Below are positions 62,247 through 64,000 of a stretch of 64,000 bases of DNA, piece by piece. The first letter of the stretch is position 1; each line of letters begins with the position of its first letter. The position numbers and the translations under genes were made by a program. This DNA is from Candidatus Poribacteria bacterium (GTDB lineage Bacteria; Poribacteria; WGA-4E; WGA-3G): contig JAGFCA010000005.1 in NCBI GenBank assembly GCA_022394755.1, positions 94,313 to 158,312 on the forward strand, written 5' to 3'. The notes under the pieces were generated by a model that saw nothing but the letters and a program-made list of their open reading frames with translations, had not been told where the DNA came from and made no database searches.

Positions 62247-64000
62247 CTATCGTTCCAAATCCCAAATCATAATCGTACCGTCCAAACTCCCACTCGCCAG
62301 TGTTCTACCATCATGACTGTATGCAAGAATCCGCGCAGGATGACCAAGGAGTTTATTCCTAACTGCAAATGTAAGATTATCTAATAATAGAATTACTCCA
62401 TTTGAAAGTCCAACTGCCAGACTGTTTTCGTCTAGACAAAGTACAAAAGTGTTGATTCTTGTGGAACGGAAACCTAAGTCCATCTGGTCTACAGCTTTAA
62501 TGTCGTTCGGTTTTTCTGATGTTGTTCCATCTAAGTGATTGCGAACAGTAGTTTTATATACGCTTGCATTGTTACTCTTTAGGACATTAATGGATTTAAT
62601 ACGCTTGTTGGTGTCAATATTCCATAGAGTAATTTCTTTCCTATTTCCTACAAAGAGTGTTTTTCCATCAGATGCAAAAGCGAGACTCTGTATTTCATGT
62701 ATATTTTCTTGTATATGAAATATTGTTTTGTTATTTCTTGTATTGCGTTTAATATCATGACCTTCAGGAACATTACTTTTTCCAAGGATAGCTTTCAATT
62801 TACGTTTCTTTACATCCCACAATCGGACAGTACTATCTGAACTGCCAGAAGCAAACGTACTTCCATCAGGACTTATAGCAACCGCTAAGACGTGATCTTT
62901 ATGTCTTTTCAATGTCGCCTTTGAATGACCAAATAGACCTCCATGCAAACTGTGAAAAAATGAGTCTCGCGCTTTCGTTTTTGCATTCCATAGACGGACT
63001 GTCCCATCAAGACTACCACTGATAAGTGTCTTCCCATCAGAACTAAATGCTATGCTATTAGGATGTTCGGGCCGAGAATTACCAAATGCTTTACCGTGTC
63101 CCTTTAAGGTGACTTGGTATTCACCCGTATTTGCATCCCATAACAACACTTCAGCTTTCCCCGCAGAACTCTGGATACTAATAGCCAAACTTGCAAGTTT
63201 ATTTCCGTCTGGAGAATACCTCACAGACCGAAGTTTGACTTGATGCGGATGTCCATGACCAGTAGTTTTAAGTTTACCATTTGAAGTATCCCAAACTCGT
63301 ACTAAGTAGTTATGTGCACTCACCAGATTCAAACCATCTGGACTAAAATCTAATGAAGTAATTCCTCTGTAATGGCCAGTAATAATATGTCGGAGTTCTG
63401 AATTCTCTAAATCTTCCGTATCTATTTCCCATAAATAGATTCCAGATTCCTTCTTGGTAAAATAGCATCTTGCGACAAGTGTTCTTCCATCTGGACTAAA
63501 TTGGAGGTTATATAACGATCCTTCAGCGATTAAGGTTTTAATCTTTTCACCAGTTTCAATATCCCAGAAGACGATTTCATCATGGCTCGAAACTACCAAT
63601 GTTACGCCATCTGGACTAAACGCAATTGATCCAACACGTTTTGTTGCATAATCAACTAACCTCGGTTTCCCACCGGTGAGATTAATCATTTTTACATACT
63701 TTGGATCACTAACGAATGAATCACTCGCTATTCTATTTGAAATGTTCCATAATTGAACTGTATAATTGTTATATCCCGCTGTAGCGATTGTCTTACCGTC
63801 AGGGGATACTTTCAATTTGTTAATTCTACCTTCAACACCAAACCTTGTTCTCAATATACCTGATGCAGTATTCCAAATACGCACCTCAGCAGAAGTGTAT
63901 CCAATAATATGTTCCCCATTTGGACCGAAGAAAATACGTTTAATTCCTTCGGTATCCTCTAATGTGGCAATAATTTCTCTTGTTTGGAAATTACACAACT
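62247..64000 (-). CDS. WD40 repeat protein (5' partial)
   Basis: Many GH...V..AFSPDG.TLASGS.D.TVRLWD repeats; runs off the window end. Confidence 0.92.
   Translation of the reverse strand, partial: LCNFQTREIIATLEDTEGIKRIFFGPNGEHIIGYTSAEVRIWNTASGILRTRFGVEGRINKLKVSPDGKTIATAGYNNYTVQLWNISNRIASDSFVSDPKYVKMINLTGGKPRLVDYATKRVGSIAFSPDGVTLVVSSHDEIVFWDIETGEKIKTLIAEGSLYNLQFSPDGRTLVARCYFTKKESGIYLWEIDTEDLENSELRHIITGHYRGITSLDFSPDGLNLVSAHNYLVRVWDTSNGKLKTTGHGHPHQVKLRSVRYSPDGNKLASLAISIQSSAGKAEVLLWDANTGEYQVTLKGHGKAFGNSRPEHPNSIAFSSDGKTLISGSLDGTVRLWNAKTKARDSFFHSLHGGLFGHSKATLKRHKDHVLAVAISPDGSTFASGSSDSTVRLWDVKKRKLKAILGKSNVPEGHDIKRNTRNNKTIFHIQENIHEIQSLAFASDGKTLFVGNRKEITLWNIDTNKRIKSINVLKSNNASVYKTTVRNHLDGTTSEKPNDIKAVDQMDLGFRSTRINTFVLCLDENSLAVGLSNGVILLLDNLTFAVRNKLLGHPARILAYSHDGRTLASGSLDGTIMIWDLER

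Overview
This is an AT-rich (roughly 35-40% GC by eye) bacterial chromosome segment. LamG/TolB proteins ending in a V-x-P-x-x-K-x4-W-G-x-[LV]-K tail, two PhyH dioxygenases, sulfatases and WD40 proteins suggest a Candidatus Poribacteria-like organism (inference only). The main item is a ~17 kb co-directional cluster (2254-19333). It encodes three secreted PQQ-like beta-propellers plus a partner lipoprotein, an EhpF/GriC-type adenylating enzyme with a GriD/EhpG-type reductase, an Fe-alcohol dehydrogenase, a HemN-like radical SAM enzyme, a PaaK-like CoA ligase, an FAD-dependent halogenase and a TAXI TRAP binding protein. The matching TRAP permease sits 19 kb away, with an SSS symporter, a GT4 and an EamA-like protein (38537-44115). 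Between the two blocks lie tRNA-Phe and tRNA-Thr, dsbD, a PorX-like protein with a degenerate receiver, a sulfatase pseudogene with two nonsense codons, the ffh-rpsP-khpA-trmD-rplS-rnhB-yraN block (no rimM) and cydAB. The right third holds an ECF sigma/DUF4097 pair and an orphan 6-repeat CRISPR array with leader and trailer hairpin but no cas genes. It also holds a repeat-rich noncoding region with MITE-like elements and a truncated ECF sigma, guaB with an atypical flap, a lone nuoI, an MT-A70 methyltransferase, a 919-aa unknown protein coupled to a catalytically dead MDH/LDH-fold protein, XdhC, PhyH and a partial WD40 gene. All calls come from reading the sequence; no searches were run.
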